From: Eledone cirrhosa
Lineage: Eukaryota
Assembly: GCA_964016885.1 (NCBI GenBank)
Contig: OZ024749.1
Span: 62,001 to 126,000 of the forward strand
Length of the DNA: 64,000 nt
Reading direction: 5' to 3'
Each line of letters starts with the position of its first letter. The stretch's first letter is position 1. Positions 14,785 through 28,455 of the stretch are shown one piece after another. The position numbers and the translations under genes were made by a program. Below the pieces are notes generated by a model, which was given only the letters and a program-made list of their open reading frames with translations, had not been told where the DNA came from and did no database searches.

Positions 14785-15000
14785 CTGTGTAGGCCCGCTT
14801 TAGTCTGTCAATAGAGTGTGTCTTTATGTCCATTAAAGTCAAAGGTGAAATGTTTATCTCTACGTGCAAGTACACGATAGGGTCCAGAATAAGGTGGAGT
14901 GAGAGGTCTTCTCACCGTCATTTCTGACAAAAACATGGGTCCACGAGGAAAGTCCCTCGGAACAGAATATTTAAAGGTTTGTTGCCTAGTTTTCATGCAA
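14785..15000 (-). mobile_element. Gypsy LTR-retrotransposon integrase C-terminal (GPY/F) remnant
   Basis: RRPLTPPYSGPYRVLAR followed, after a frameshift, by HSIDRLKRAY. Confidence 0.8.
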
Positions 15001-15689
15001 GTCGTGAAGGCGTAGTAGTGGTCGAATTGCCGGAGTACTCCAAAATGTTATCAGCGTAAGAGCTGTGTAGGTGTATAGTCGCCAAGGTGTTCATCAAAGA
15101 CGTTCGTAAACTTTAACAAAATAGTTGCGAACAAAACATTTAAAAATAATCTTTTGAAGTCCGTAGTATCCTTGAAACAGTAAAGAGTGCGCTTATGTTG
15201 GCCAAAGTAAAAGCGCGGGAATAAGTGATGAAGAAATAGGAGGTGAGTCGCCACATTGGACAAAAATGCCATGTGCAAACAAAATATTGTGTTATTGTAA
15301 ACTCGACATTTTTTTTTTTATGTGTGTGAAGGATGTATTCTTTACAGCCAGGTCACCATTTTTTATAGATACATCTTCACGCGTCAACTGTGTCGGTCTG
15401 TCTGGTACGCGTCAACTGTGTCGGGTTTTTAACAAGAGAGTGAGACTGCCCATGTATTCATACGCAACCTCCCATTGGTCAGTTTGACATTATTGCGTAT
15501 GCAAATGTTTGTTTTAATGCGTAGTGGAACTACGTCGCACTTCACAATACCAACATTTGCATAGACGATATTATATATAAACTGCATTAGAACAACTACA
15601 TTTTTTTCGAAACATTTACCTTCACCAGTTGGATACGTGACATTGCCACTGAAACTCCCTTAAATACGACTGAAATATTGGTCGGCTGG

Positions 15690-15850
15690 TACACCCCTCA
15701 ATATTTTGCGTGTGTGTACTTGATATGGGATCAACGAAATGCTTTGAACGATTGACAGTGAGATGTGTATAACGACCAGGCATACCCGCCACTCATCTGT
15801 ATGGATCATAGATCCATTTGCACAGTGCCTTTCAATGAGAGGCAGCAGTC
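15690..15850 (-). pseudogene. Merlin / IS1595(ISXO2)-type transposase remnant
   Basis: LLPLIERHCANGSMIHTDEWR, then frameshifted HLTVNRSKHFVDPISSTHTQNIEG, typical Merlin motifs. Confidence 0.82.
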
Positions 15851-16297
15851 TCGGCAGAATCAAGACCACCGAGTATCGCCGGATTTTGCTCAACCCATTC
15901 ACTACATACATCACGCATAAAATTGCACCGGTAAAAAAAATTTACTGTATATCGCAACAATATAGTGTTTAAAGAATTTTTTTTCTGTTAAAAACTGTAA
16001 ATCTGTTAAAAAAAAAAAATGTATTTCGCAGCAATATTTTTTCTGTTAAAAACTGTAAATAAATATTCATGTAAAAATGAAGCATAGTTTTTCTGTGAAA
16101 AACTGTAAATAAATATTTATTTTGTTAAAAAATTAAATCAAAAATCTAATTTTCTCTGTTAATATTTTAATAAATATTTATTCTAAAAATTCAATGTTTT
16201 TTCGTGTAAAAATGAAGCATGTCAGAAAATTAACATGTAAAAATCAAGCAGCAGGCACGCGCTAGCTCGTATCTAAAAAAAAATCGTATGTCGGTTC

Positions 16298-16322
16298 ACT
16301 CGTATCTCAAGGTACCACTGTA
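16298..16322 (-). mobile_element. Solo Tc1/pogo-like terminal inverted repeat
   Basis: Minus strand reads TA-CAGTGGTACCTTGAGATACGAG, a CAGTGG-type end next to TA; partner end not found. Confidence 0.5.
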
Positions 16323-16725
16323 TTTAAAACATATTTATGTTATTCTACTGTAAATTTATTTATATGCTCTGTTTATATTTTCATTCTGAAAGAATTGCAA
16401 ACGATTTCTAATGTTATTTATACAACTGAATAAAAGAGAAATTTGATAGTTTGTTAACAACTAAATACATTTGGAACAATTATTTACATCTTACAATTTG
16501 AAATGTTATTATATATTAAATAAAGTACCAGTAATACACTGAATATTTGCCGGCCTTGTGCCAAAAGTAGAAACACTTATTATATATTAAATAACGTTAC
16601 AAATGGGAGTGAAAATATAAACACATATGATATATACAAAGAATATAAATAAATTTACAGTAGAATAACAAATGTTTTAAATATATACATAACACTACAA
16701 ATGCTTAAGTAACAGTATAAATTGA

Positions 16726-17006
16726 AGGGGTGGAAAACGGAGCCAACACCAGAGCAAAAGACAGCAGCCAGGGGTACTGGGCAACCTCTCTAATGATTTT
16801 TAAGGCAAGCCAGCACACTGGCAGTGTTACCTCGAGTGATGGCGAGGCTGGGGTGCTGGAAGAAACAAGCGCCCTCGCCAGTTACCTCTATTAGGCGAGC
16901 CGCCAGTGAAGAGAGGAACCTCGCAGTCAGCGGCCCGACTCCCCACAGGCTGAAAAATTTACCCCTCGCTGCTGTCTTTTGCTCTGATGTTCAACCGTTC
17001 CTTTGC
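16726..17006. other. GC-rich fold-back segment with 32-bp inverted arms and nested internal helices
   Basis: 16745-16776 and 16960-16991 are reverse complements with 2 mismatches; internal pairs CCTCTC/GAGAGG, CACTGGC/GCCAGTG, TGGCGAGG/CCTCGCCA. Confidence 0.75.
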
Positions 17007-17857
17007 ATTTTCATAAATAAATTGACAGTTTTTCGAAGCTAGAAATCAAATAGAGATATTTTTATACACATTGTATTATGTGTTTTTATTTTCATTCTGA
17101 AAGAACTGAACAATTTGTAATGTTAATTAAACACATGTTTAGCATACCTTTGTCTTCCTCGTCTTGCTTCATTGAGAAATTCTAGTTTCCTCTCTTAATT
17201 CATTTCTTCTTTCTTCTGTTAAATTTCCTCTGAACTCTTTTTCCTTATATCATTAATATTATTGTTGTTTAAGTTGTTGCATTGAAATGGTTATCACTAT
17301 TATGTGCTGTATCAATATTGATAGCGTAATTTTCTGAAGTGACTCTCTTGTAAAATAAATGTCTTATTTGCTCCCATGGACGAGAAAGGAGGGTAAGAAT
17401 AAATAAAAAAAAGTTTCCAGAAGAAATAATAGTGGTCCGTTTGTTCAAACAATGAAACACAACTTGTTACGTTTTCACCGAAAATCAAATTCAGCGCCGT
17501 TCGTCTACCATTGCTGTATGTGGGTGTGTCTAAGTTTGTTTGGTGTGTACGCACGTGTCAAAGTCAATCATGTAATTATCTCCCCTTGGCAAACAAGCAT
17601 GATATGGCGTAAGAGGGTGTTTAACATCTCAAGATAGACGTTGCAAAAGGTTTTGAGATACATAAATAGATATGTAGGTAGATAGATATATAATTGATAG
17701 ATATGTAGGTAGATAGATAGATATATAATTATCACAAGTGTAGTGTTTGTACAAGAGTTTTCAAGTCGCTGGCTGGACTAAAAAGTCACACTCGTTCAGC
17801 GCATCGGTAGGGGTTCTCCTACATGAATATAATGTAGTGGCCGTACTCGAAATACTG

Positions 17858-18004
17858 ATATATATATATATATATGTATGGGTACTGGTATGTATATGTA
17901 TGTGTGAATACTAATGTATGTGTATGTGTGTATGTGTGTATATGTATATATGTGTATATGTATATATGTGTATATGTGTATGTATGTATATATGTATATA
18001 TGTA
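17858..18004. repeat. (TA)/(TG)/(TATG) compound microsatellite
   Basis: Direct inspection. Confidence 0.95.
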
Positions 18005-21000
18005 TCATCATCATGATCTTCGTTTAACGTCCATATTCCACGCTCGCATGGGTTTGGACGGGAATTTTCCCACTTGAGGCAAGAGTGGTTGTCTTGCTCG
18101 CATAGGACTGTCTGGCGGGTTTTCTACGGTTGGATGCCCTTCCTAACACCAACCACATTTACAGTGTGGAACTGGGAGGTTTTTACCGTGTTACCTACAC
18201 GCCCACATTACAGCGTGGACTGTGTGTGCTTTTGTCGTGACACCTACACGACCTCATTTGTTTCGGGCTGGATGTTGTGGTACCAACATAACTTTACATT
18301 GAAAGGGGTGGTGTGGATGGAGTGGGGGTAATGGGACGGGGGTGTATTTTGTTAGAGGTGCCTACTGACTGTAGTAGGTTTCACTTTGTACTTAGGTAAG
18401 GCGGGTCTTCTCTATTACTGTGTAGCGCCAAAGAACTCGGTCCAGTGACATTGTCTTGGAGAGGTGTAAGTGTGTGAGGTCGGAATTTATCAAGTCGTCC
18501 CAGGTTTTTCTGGGTCTGCCTACTCCGTGGCTACCGTTTATTTTTATTGCCCTGCACATTTTTATACAGCTGTCGTCTTTCATGCGCATCACGTGACCAT
18601 ACCAACATAGTCTTCTCTCGAGTAAACATCTGATCCCTCTTATTTCTAATTTCTCCCTTATTTCGTTTATGCTTTGCCGTTCACGTATATTACTATTACA
18701 CATCCAGCGGAGCATGCAAGCTTCGTTTCTCTCCAGCCTGCGTATATCCTCTGCACACAATGCCTAGGTCTCACTGCCATGTAACATTGCTGTTCGTATG
18801 CAGGCATCATACAGCCTGCCTTTCATTTTTAGAGAGAACCCTTTAACGGCCAATAGTAGTATAAGCTCTCTTAACTTTTTCCATCCCGTTCTGACTCTAG
18901 CTACTGTACTTTCAGAGCACCCTCCCCCACTGCTGATTTTATCACCCAGGTAACGGAAGCTGTCCACTATTTCTATAGAACCATCTGTGCAATGGAATGA
19001 GTTAGTATTCTGTGGGCACTTGTGTGCTACTTATTGCACCAGAGCACCGGCCACATATAAAATCTATATTCTTAGTTAGCTTACCTGTGATCCCACTACA
19101 TCTTTTATGTAGCCATACTTTGCATTTGGGACATAACATGGAGTTTCTACCTACTCCTTTCCTACACACTGAGCATGGCCATTTCCCAGATGGGACCGGT
19201 GCCCTATTTTCCTTCCTACAAACTTTAGTCTTAGACAAGTTAACTTTAAGGCCTTTTGATTCTAGGCCATGCTTCCATGTTTGGAATTTATTTTCTAGTT
19301 CAGCCATTGATTCAGCTATGAGCGTTAGATCATCTGCATATAGGAGTTCCCATGGGCAGCCGGTCTTGAACTCCTCTGTTATAGCCTGAAGAGCAATAAT
19401 AAATAGTAGGGGGCTAAGGACGGAGCCCCGATGAACACCAACTCTTCACTATATTCGTTGTTAATTCTAACCTTGCTGACTGTTTCTTTATACATGGCTT
19501 GTATAGCTCTCACAAGCCATTCATCAACACCTAGTTTTCTAAGGGCTCACCAGATAATCAAGCGGGGTACTCTGTCAAAGGCTTTCTCCAAGTCAACAAA
19601 AGCTAAGTATAGGGGTTTACTTTTAGCTAGGTACTTCTCCTGTAGATGTTGTACAATGAAAAGAGCGTCTGTTGTACTTTTACCTGACACAAACCCGAAC
19701 TGCATTTCGTCTAGATCAATTCGCTCTCTGATTAGTTGCGCTATTACTTTTTCTGTGACCTTCATGACCTGGTCAATTAATTTAATGCCTCTATAGTTTC
19801 CCCCTATCTAGGGCATCACCTTTACCCTTGTAGCAGTTAATGATGATGCTGCTGCGCCAGTCCTTCGGAACGACCCCATTCTGTATGACTTGGTTTACTA
19901 TCCGGGTGACCATACTGTGTCCCACCGTTCCAGATGCTTTCAGCATTTCGGCAACTATTTCCGAAGGCCCGGACGCCTTGCCCGTCTTCATGTCTTTGAT
20001 CGCCTTACTTATTATACTACCTTCAAATTTCACTGCTGGTCCCTCTATTGGGTCGATGTGGGGGAGACTGTCTTTCTCCCAATTATTCTCCTCATTTAGT
20101 AGCCTTTCGTAGTGACACTTCCAAGCTACCTTCTTATCAGCGTCAGTGATGGCAAGTACACCATCATCATTTAGGACACACTTCTCCCCGACAATATCAC
20201 TGTTTTCCTTGACACATTGCCTAGCAATCCTGAACACCTCACGTTTTTGGTCCTCGCGTTGTAGAACATGCTTGAACTTTCTTTCCTCTGCTTCCCTTCT
20301 TGCGAAGTACACTTGTCTCCTAGCTTCCCTCCTGGCCACTTGATAGTCTTCTCTACTTCCCCCATCCCGCCATGCTTTCCAGCCTTGATTGACCTCTCCA
20401 CCTTACTGTTCCACCACCAAGTTACTCTCCTCCTGTCTAGAGGCCTGCTCCAGCCACAGGTTTCATCTGTCGCCTTCAACAGGTTAGCTTTCAGGAATTC
20501 CCACTCTTCCTCTATATTGTACAACTCTAATTGCTCTTCCTTACTATCAAAAGCATCAAGTAATATGCTTTTAAATTTATTACTGGCTGTGGGGTCCTTT
20601 AATTTCCATATTTTTCTCCTGAGGATAGTCCTCTTCTGTTGTCGAATACGTCTCGTCCTGACTATGAGGTCGCTAATTATGAGTCTATGTTGAGACGTGC
20701 ATTCTTCATGGGGGAGGGATTTAGTGTTTACAACAGACACTCTGTCACGTCTCCTGGTAAGGATATAATCTACCTGGCTTGTGTGTCCCCCTATCTATAG
20801 GTGATCAAGTGATTGTCTCGTTTTTTGAAGTTAGTGTTACAGATAGTTAGGTTATTTGCGTCACAGAATTCCAGGATTCTGGAGCCTTCCTCATTTCTAG
20901 TACCAAACCCATAGCCTCCATGGATTCCGTCATAGCCGTCACAATGTTGTCCAACGTGACCATTTAGGTTGCCAGCAATAATTATATAGTCACTGTTGGT

Positions 21001-21510
21001 TATTTGGGAGGTAGTGAGCATCAGTGTCTCATAGAATCTGTCTTTTATAGTGCCGGGCAGTCCGGATTGGGGTGCGTACGCAGATATTACTGTCACCGTA
21101 GTTCTATTGAGGACAAGTCTTATTTTAATTATTCTGTCGTTCACTCTATTTACGTCTATTATCTTATCTGCCCACTTTTCTGCTACCATGATTCCTACTC
21201 CACCCAGCCCATCGTCATTTCCCACCAAGAAAAGCTTATAGCATCGTTCTTTACCCACGATGAATCTAGCAGACCCACCCCTCCACCTGGTCTCTTGAAT
21301 ACAACAAACATCGACCTCCTTACGTTCAAGCATTTCTACAACCTCATTAGAGCGACCCTTTAAGGTGCCTACATTCATGGTACCAACTCTGAAGTTTTGG
21401 ATTGCGTTTGGAGGGTGGGAGCGGGGGGAAATGGGGGAGATGGGTTATGTTAGCCATCCACGACCGAAACAAAGAGGAGGAGCCCTTGCATTCTCGTCCA
21501 TGAGGTGAAT
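18005..21510 (-). mobile_element. Near full-length degenerate RTE LINE (APE endonuclease, RT with PHD insert, 3'UTR)
   Basis: Collinear ORF pieces 20791-21378, 20171-20740, 19791-20339, 19547-19765, 19002-19307, 18764-18967, 18392-18760; (GAT) tail at ~18005; stops and frameshifts. Confidence 0.95.
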
Positions 21511-21517
21511 TTGTTTT

Positions 21518-22367
21518 TATGTATGTATATATATATATGTATGCATATGTGTGTGTATGTATGTATATATATGTGTATATGTATATATGTGTGTATGTAT
21601 ATATGTGTGTATGTGTATATGTGTGTATATGTATATATGTGTATGTATATGTATGTGTATGTATATGTATATGTATGTATGTATATGTATGTATGTGTAT
21701 ATGTGTGTATATGTATGTGTATGTGTATATGTATGTGTATGTGTATATGTATGTATATGTGTGTATGTATATGTATATATGTATGTATATGTATATATGT
21801 ATGTATGTGTATATATGTATGTATATGTATGTATATGTATATATGTATGTATGTATATGTATATATGTATGTATGTATATGTATATATGTATGTATGTAT
21901 ATGTATATATACTTGTGTATATGTATATATACTTGTGTATATGTATATATACTCGTGTATATGTATATATACTCGTGTATATGTATATATACTCGTGTAT
22001 ATGTATATATACTCGTGTATATGTATATATACTCGTGTATATGTATATATACTCGTGTATATGTATATATACTCGTGTATATGTATATATACTCGTGTAT
22101 ATGTATATATACTCGTGTATATGTATATATACTCGTGTATATGTATATATACTCGTGTATATGTATATATACTTGTGTATATGTATATATACTTGTGTAT
22201 ATGTATATATACTTGTGTATATGTATATATGCTTGTGTATATGTGTATATGAATGTGTATATGCTTATGTGTATGTATGTATGTATATGTATATTATGTA
22301 TATATATATGTATGTGTGTATGTATGTGTATGTATGTATATGTATGTATATATATTTATATGTATAT
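21518..22367. repeat. Long compound TATG microsatellite containing a 20-bp minisatellite
   Basis: Repeats of ATGTATATATACT(C/T)GTGTAT at ~21901-22240. Confidence 0.95.
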
Positions 22368-22695
22368 GGAGGCACATGGCTTAGTGGTTAGAGCATTGGC
22401 CTGGCAATCAAAAGATTGTGATTTCAATTCTCACACCGGGTGATGTGTTGTTTCCTTGAGCAAGACACTTTATTTCACATTGCTCCTGTTTACTCAGCTG
22501 TAGAAATGAGATGATAGGACAGGGGTCCCTATCATTCCACTGTAAAGTGGACGTGTAGGCGCCACGGAAATAAAGCACCCAGCACTCACTGTAAATGAGG
22601 TTGGTGTTAGGAAGGGCATCCGGCTGTAGAAATCAAGCCAGAATCAGTTCACGTCCCACCCTTGCAAACAGGGAAAAGCGGATGTAAAATGATGA
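22368..22695 (+). mobile_element. tRNA-derived SINE with CORE-like body and RTE-type tail
   Basis: A box TGGCTTAGTGG, degenerate B box ATTTCAATTC, CCTTGAGCAAGACACTT body, tail shared with the RTE 3'UTR. Confidence 0.85.
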
Positions 22696-24315
22696 TTCGT
22701 TGTTAATTCTAACCTTGCTGACTTTTTCTTCATACATGGTTTGTATAGCTCTGACAAGCAATTCATCAACACCTAGTTTTCTAAGAGTCCACCAGATAAT
22801 GGAGCGGGGGACTCTGTCAAAGGCTTTCTCCAAGTCAACAAAAGCTAAGTATCGGGGTTTACTTTTAGCTAGGTACTTCTCCTGTAGTTGTCGTACAAGG
22901 AAAAGAGCGTCTGTGGTACTTTTACTTGACACAAACCCAAACGGCATTTCGTCTAGATCAATTCGCTCTCTTATTAATTGCGCTATAACTCTTTCTGTGA
23001 CCTTCATGACCTGGTCAATTAATTTAATGCCTCTATAGTTTCCCCTATATAGGGCATCTCCTTTACCCTTGTAGCAGTTAATGATGATGATGCTATTATG
23101 CCAGTCATTTGGTATAACCCCATTCTGTATGACATGGTTTACTATCCGGGTGACCATAGAATGTCCCACCGATCCAGATGCTTTCAACATTTCAGCAACT
23201 ATCTCTGAAGGCCCAGCTGCTTTGCCTGTCTCCATATCTTTGATTGCCTTACTTATTATACAACCTTCAACTTGCACTGCTGGTTCCTCTATTGGATTGT
23301 TTTGGGGCAGACTATCTTTTTCCCACTTATTCTCCTCATTTAGTAGCCTCTCATAGTGACACTTCCAAGCTACCTTTTTATCTGTATCAGTGATGACAAG
23401 TATACCATCATCATTACGGGCACACTTCTCCCCGACAATATCACGGTTTTCCTTGACACATTGCCTAGCAATCCTGAACACCTCACGTTTTTGGTCCTCA
23501 CGTTGTAGAACATGCTTGAACTTTATTTCTTCTGCTTCCCTTCTTGCAAAGTACACTTGTCTCCTAGCTTCCCTCCTGGCCACTTGATAGGCTTCTCTGC
23601 TTCCCCCATCCCGCCATGCTTTCCAAGCTCTCTTTTTGGCCTTGATTGACTCCTCCTGCCTATAGGTCTGCTCCAGCTACAGATTTCATCTGTCGCCTTC
23701 AGCAAGTTAACTTTCAGGAATTCCCACTGTTCCTCTATACTGTATGTCTCTAATTGCTCTTCTTTACTGTCAAAAGCATCAAGTAATTTGCTTTTAAATT
23801 TGTTACTGGCTGTGGGGGTCCTTTAACTTTCATATTCTTCTTCTCAGGGTAGTCCTCCTCTGTTGTCGAATACGTCTCGTCCTGACTATGAGGTCACTAA
23901 CTATGAGCTATGTTGGGAGGTGCATTCTTCACGGGGGAGGGAAATAGTGTTTACAACAGACACTTTTTCACATCTTCTGGTAAGGATATAATCTATCTGA
24001 CTGGCATGTTCCCCTGATCTATAGGTGATCAAGTGATTGTCTGGTTTTTAAAGTTTGTGTGACAGATAGTTAGGTTATTAGAGTTACAGAATTCCAGGAT
24101 TCTAAAGCCTTCCTCATTTCTGGTACCAAACCTGTAGCCACCATGGATTCCATCATAGCTATCACAATGTTGTCCAACATGACCATTTAGGTCGGCAACA
24201 ATTATGTTGTCACTGTCGGTTAGTTGGGAGGTAGTGAGCATTAGCGACTCATAGAATCTGTCTTTAATAACGCCAGGCAGTCGACATTGGGGTGTGTAAG
24301 CAGATATTATTGTCC
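22696..24315 (-). mobile_element. Degenerate RTE LINE internal fragment (endonuclease to mid-RT)
   Basis: ORF 22633-23583 (YRGIKL, FVDLEKAFDRV) and ORF 24029-24241 (DLNGHVG, LEFC). Confidence 0.93.
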
Positions 24316-24774
24316 CCCTTTGCCCACCCGTCTCTTAAAGTAGCAGTAAAACATTGAACAATATTGAGTCAGCTTTTATAAAGTCGTTTGTCAAACGAGA
24401 GAACAGAGAGACAATACCAGTAACCACGAGAGAGACAACCAACCAACCATAATTATATAATAAATCAAAGTGAAAACAAAACAATATAATTCAACAGATT
24501 TTTCCAGATAAATCTTGCAAAACAATTTTTACCACCACCAACACCAACATAATTTCATCAACACACATATTATACATATATATACATATATATCTTTCAT
24601 TTTCTAACCTTAATCCCTAACAAATCCCACCCCCTCCAGTTCTAAAAATAGCAAATTCTTCCAGAAAGATAGACAGGGAAGAGAGGAAACACAGAGAAGA
24701 GAGGAACCCAGTATTTGACTGGTACTTTTATTCATAAAAAGATAAAGTGAGAAAAATAAAGAGAGGAAGAATTC

Positions 24775-24890
24775 ACATCAGTATTTCACTGGTACTTTTT
24801 TTATCAACTTCCAAGGGATGAAAGGCAAAATTGACCTCGGCGGGATTTCAACTCAGAGAGCATAGAACAAAAAGGAATACTGCAAAGTAT
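24775..24890 (-). mobile_element. Nin-domain-like SINE fragment
   Basis: Minus strand reads TTTGCCTTTCATCCCTTGGAAGTTGATAAAAAAAGTACCAG, preceded by a B-box-like GTTGAAATCC. Confidence 0.55.
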
Positions 24891-25249
24891 TCTAATAACT
24901 CCCACCTTATATGACATTTCATATATATATATATAACAATTGTATATATGCATGTGTGTATATACAACAAAATGATGAAATTAATTAAATGGAAAATTTT
25001 TCCCCAATACAAAACGTAAAAATAAATTTAACAAAGCTTTTTTTTTAAGAAATTAATTATATTTAATTTTTTTTTTAAGAAATAAATGAAATTAAACTTT
25101 TTATTTTTTAAGAAAAAAATTAAATTGAACTTTTTTTTAAGAAATAAATTAAACAAATTTTATTTTTTAAGAAATAAATTAAATATAAATCTGACTGACC
25201 TGCAGCCATTTGACTTCCCGTGAGTGATTATGAACACACACCCACTAAT

Positions 25250-25670
25250 ATCGTCATCATTTTACGTCCGCTTTTCCCTGCTTGCAAGGGTTGGACGGGT
25301 CCTATTCAGCACAGCATCTCTCCACTTGTCACGGTCCTTCGTCATCTCCTCGGTGAGATTTGAGGTCTGCTCTCACCACCTCCGCCCATGTTTTTCGTGG
25401 TCTACCTCTACTGCGTCTTCCTTCTACTGGGATTTCTTGGCACTTCTTTAGCCGGCGGTCATCCTACATTCGCATCACATGTCCATACCATCTCAGCCTT
25501 CTCTCCTGCACACCACAACTTATCCCTCTTATACCCAGTTTCTTTCTCAACTCGTCTATGCTTGGTCGTTCACGCACTTTGGCATTGCACATCCAATGGA
25601 GCATGCTTGCTTCATTTCTCTCTAGCCGTCGCATATCTTCTGCAGTTGCTGCCCATGTCTCACTACCATC
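25250..25670 (-). mobile_element. RTE LINE 3' fragment
   Basis: Reverse-complement homology to 1820-2230; GSETW...RLRWYGHVMR; tail GGAAAAGCGGACGTAAAATGATGA. Confidence 0.88.
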
Positions 25671-26864
25671 TCACACATGTGTGTATGTATGAATCTGTGT
25701 GTGTGTGTATAATTGTGAACCTGGTGGTGGGGATGGAGGTGGTAGTAGTTGTTTGGGCGGAAATTTCATTGAGATGAAAGAAGTTTTGCCAGTCAGTGTG
25801 GGTATGTGTGTGTATGTGTAACAACAACAACACAAACACCGCCACCACTCACAACAACACCGCCAATCCAAACAACACCAGCAAAAACTAAAACATGATT
25901 TATTATTCTGTGAAGAAATTAAATATTTTGATCAGAACAATGTGAAATATGTGTGTGTGTGTGAGTGTATGCATGTATGTGTGTACTTGTATATCGTAAT
26001 TTCTATGTCTATATTTATGAGAAAGAAGGATAGAGAATCAACAGATCATGTATATAAATAGCTATTCAGTTTCATATATACACACCCACCCAAAAATTAA
26101 AACTTAACCCTATCAATTCTTCTACAAATTGATGAATCCTGTCTTATCTAAGTGACAATCATATTTAAACAATAAAATACAACCCCAAACCTTGAAAATA
26201 CCTAACCTGTTGCAGTAATTATGTCACATGAAATATCTTTCTTTTAACAGCATACAATTAGCACTGACTGAGACCGAACCAGCCTTAACAAGGCATAAAT
26301 TCAATCACAGTTTTATTAAACGACAACATTTCCGGATAAAAGGGAAACAACTCCAATAATTTTATTAAAATATTGTAGAGTAATCTCCCTTTGCTAATTG
26401 GAATGCTGCATAAACAGATTTGTAGTCTTATGTAAACACACAAACACTATACACAATAACATATATATATATATGTAGATATACATATAGATATACATAC
26501 ACGTGTATACATACATACATATATAGATATATGTACACATAAGTATATACATACATGACAATATACTATACCCCCACATCAAAACTAAAGCGCAACTATT
26601 TCAACGCTGGCAATCTAGCTCAACTTATCAGAGCTACAAGTCAAAATGTCAGAGTAAAAAGAAAAAAAAAATAAGCTTTTTAAACAAACGAGTTTTAGGA
26701 AATATATAAAATATAACCGGTGGCAATGTAATCCATCTTAGCAATTAATTATTATTGAAATTATATATTAAAAACAAATAGATATTTAGTGCTCAATGTC
26801 TGTTCATGTGAGTGAGAGAGTGTATGTGTGTGTTTTCTTCTTTCATTTTTTCACAAATTATTAT

Positions 26865-28455
26865 CCGATAGAGGGACCAGCTATTCACAAAGACGAATAT
26901 AGGGTTAGGGCATCAAAAGTAGCTACTAAACTGGTTGCACGCATCGTCAATCAAGTTATATATATGGCTGAGTCATACCCAAAGACTGGTGCAGCAGTAT
27001 TCTTATAAATTGCGACAAAGGTAGAAAGGGATGCTCTGGAAATGAGCAATTATAGGGGCATCAAACTGATGGATCCGGTTATGAAAGTGACAGAAAGAAT
27101 ACTATTGCAACTAATTAGAGAAAGGGCCAAACTAAATGAGATGCAGTTTGGTTTTATGCCTGGGAAAAGTACAACAGATGCCCTCTTCTTAGTGATACAA
27201 CTACAAGAGAGGTTCTTAGAGAAGAATAAGCCACTATACTTAGCTTTTGATGACTTAGAGGAGGTCTTTGATAGTGTACCACGATCTGTCATCTGGTGGT
27301 CTCTAAGGAAAATAGGTGTAGAGGAATGGCTTGTGAGGACAGTGCAAGCTAAGTACAGAGGTTCTGTCAGTAAAGTGAGAGAAGTAATGGAGTTTAATGA
27401 GGAATTCCAGATACAAGTAGGAGTGCATCAGGGCTCTGTCCTCAGCCCGATCTTGTTCATTATAATTCTCCAAGCCATAACACGAGTTTAAGACTGACTG
27501 CCCATGGGAACTTCTCTAGGCTGACGATCTGGTACTTATAGCAGATTCAGTAGAGGAACTAGAGAAGAAATTCTGTCTATGGAAAAATCAGTTGGAATCA
27601 AGAGGACTGAGAGTGAACCTAGCTAAGACAAAAGTATTGATAAGTAGAGAAGAGGACAAAACTCTGATTCCATCAGGGAAATGGTCATGTTCAATATGTA
27701 GAAAAGGAGTTGGGATAAATTCTATAAAATGTACACAATGCAGATCCTGGGTACACAAGAGATGTAGTGGGATAGCAGGCAAACTAACAAGTAGAGAGAA
27801 ATACGTATGCAGTAGTTGTACAGAACTTGACAGTAGAAGACGCAGTGATAGACACATTTACCACATGAAGGTGGGTTCTAAAGAAGTGGGTGATAGCTTC
27901 CGCTACCTAGGTGATCTGATTAGAATGGGAGGGGTGTTCCGAGACCATAATATCTAGAATAAGGACAGGTCGGAAGAAATTTAGGGAGCTGCTTCCTCTG
28001 TTGACAAAGAAGGATTTCTCCCTGCGTACGAAAGGATGGTTATATGATGACTGTGTGAGATGCGCGATGCTGCATGATAGTGAGACTTGGGCAGCAACTG
28101 CAGAGGATATGCGATGGCTGGAGAGAAATGAACGACTAGGCATGGAGGACTTCAGGGAGAAACTGTTTAACTGGGATAAGTTGTAGTGTGCAGGAGAGAA
28201 GACTATGTTGGTATAGACATGTGATGCGCATGGAGGATGACACCTAGGTAAAGAAGTGCCAAGAAATCCCAGTAGAAGGACAACGCAGTAGAGGAAGACC
28301 ACAAAAAATACGGGCGGAGCTGGTGTGAGCAGACCTCAAATCTCTAAAGCTCAATGAGGAGATGACGAAGGACCGTGACAAGTGGAGAGATACTGTGCTC
28401 AATAGGTTCGTCCCACCCTTGCAAGCAAGGAAAAGCGGACGTAAAGTGATGAAGA
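26865..28455 (+). mobile_element. 5'-truncated degenerate RTE LINE (RT, PHD, 3' end)
   Basis: ORFs 27042-27491 (GVHQGSVLSP), 27592-27957 (CSIC..CTQC..WVHKRC..CSSC) and 28001-28186; in-frame stop at YADD; tail at ~28430-28452. Confidence 0.93.

Noticed and set aside
16790-16945. Ribozyme-like words (minus-strand TAACACTGCCA resembling twister; GGGCCGC/GCGGCTC resembling an HDV P1; CTAATGA)
   Set aside because: I could not build the remaining twister, HDV or hammerhead core elements by eye.
21505-22443. Long Y/V/C/M/I-rich ORFs (also 31974-32799, 38036-38703, 43952-44657, 60221-61027)
   Set aside because: Translations of micro/minisatellites that lack stop codons; not proteins.
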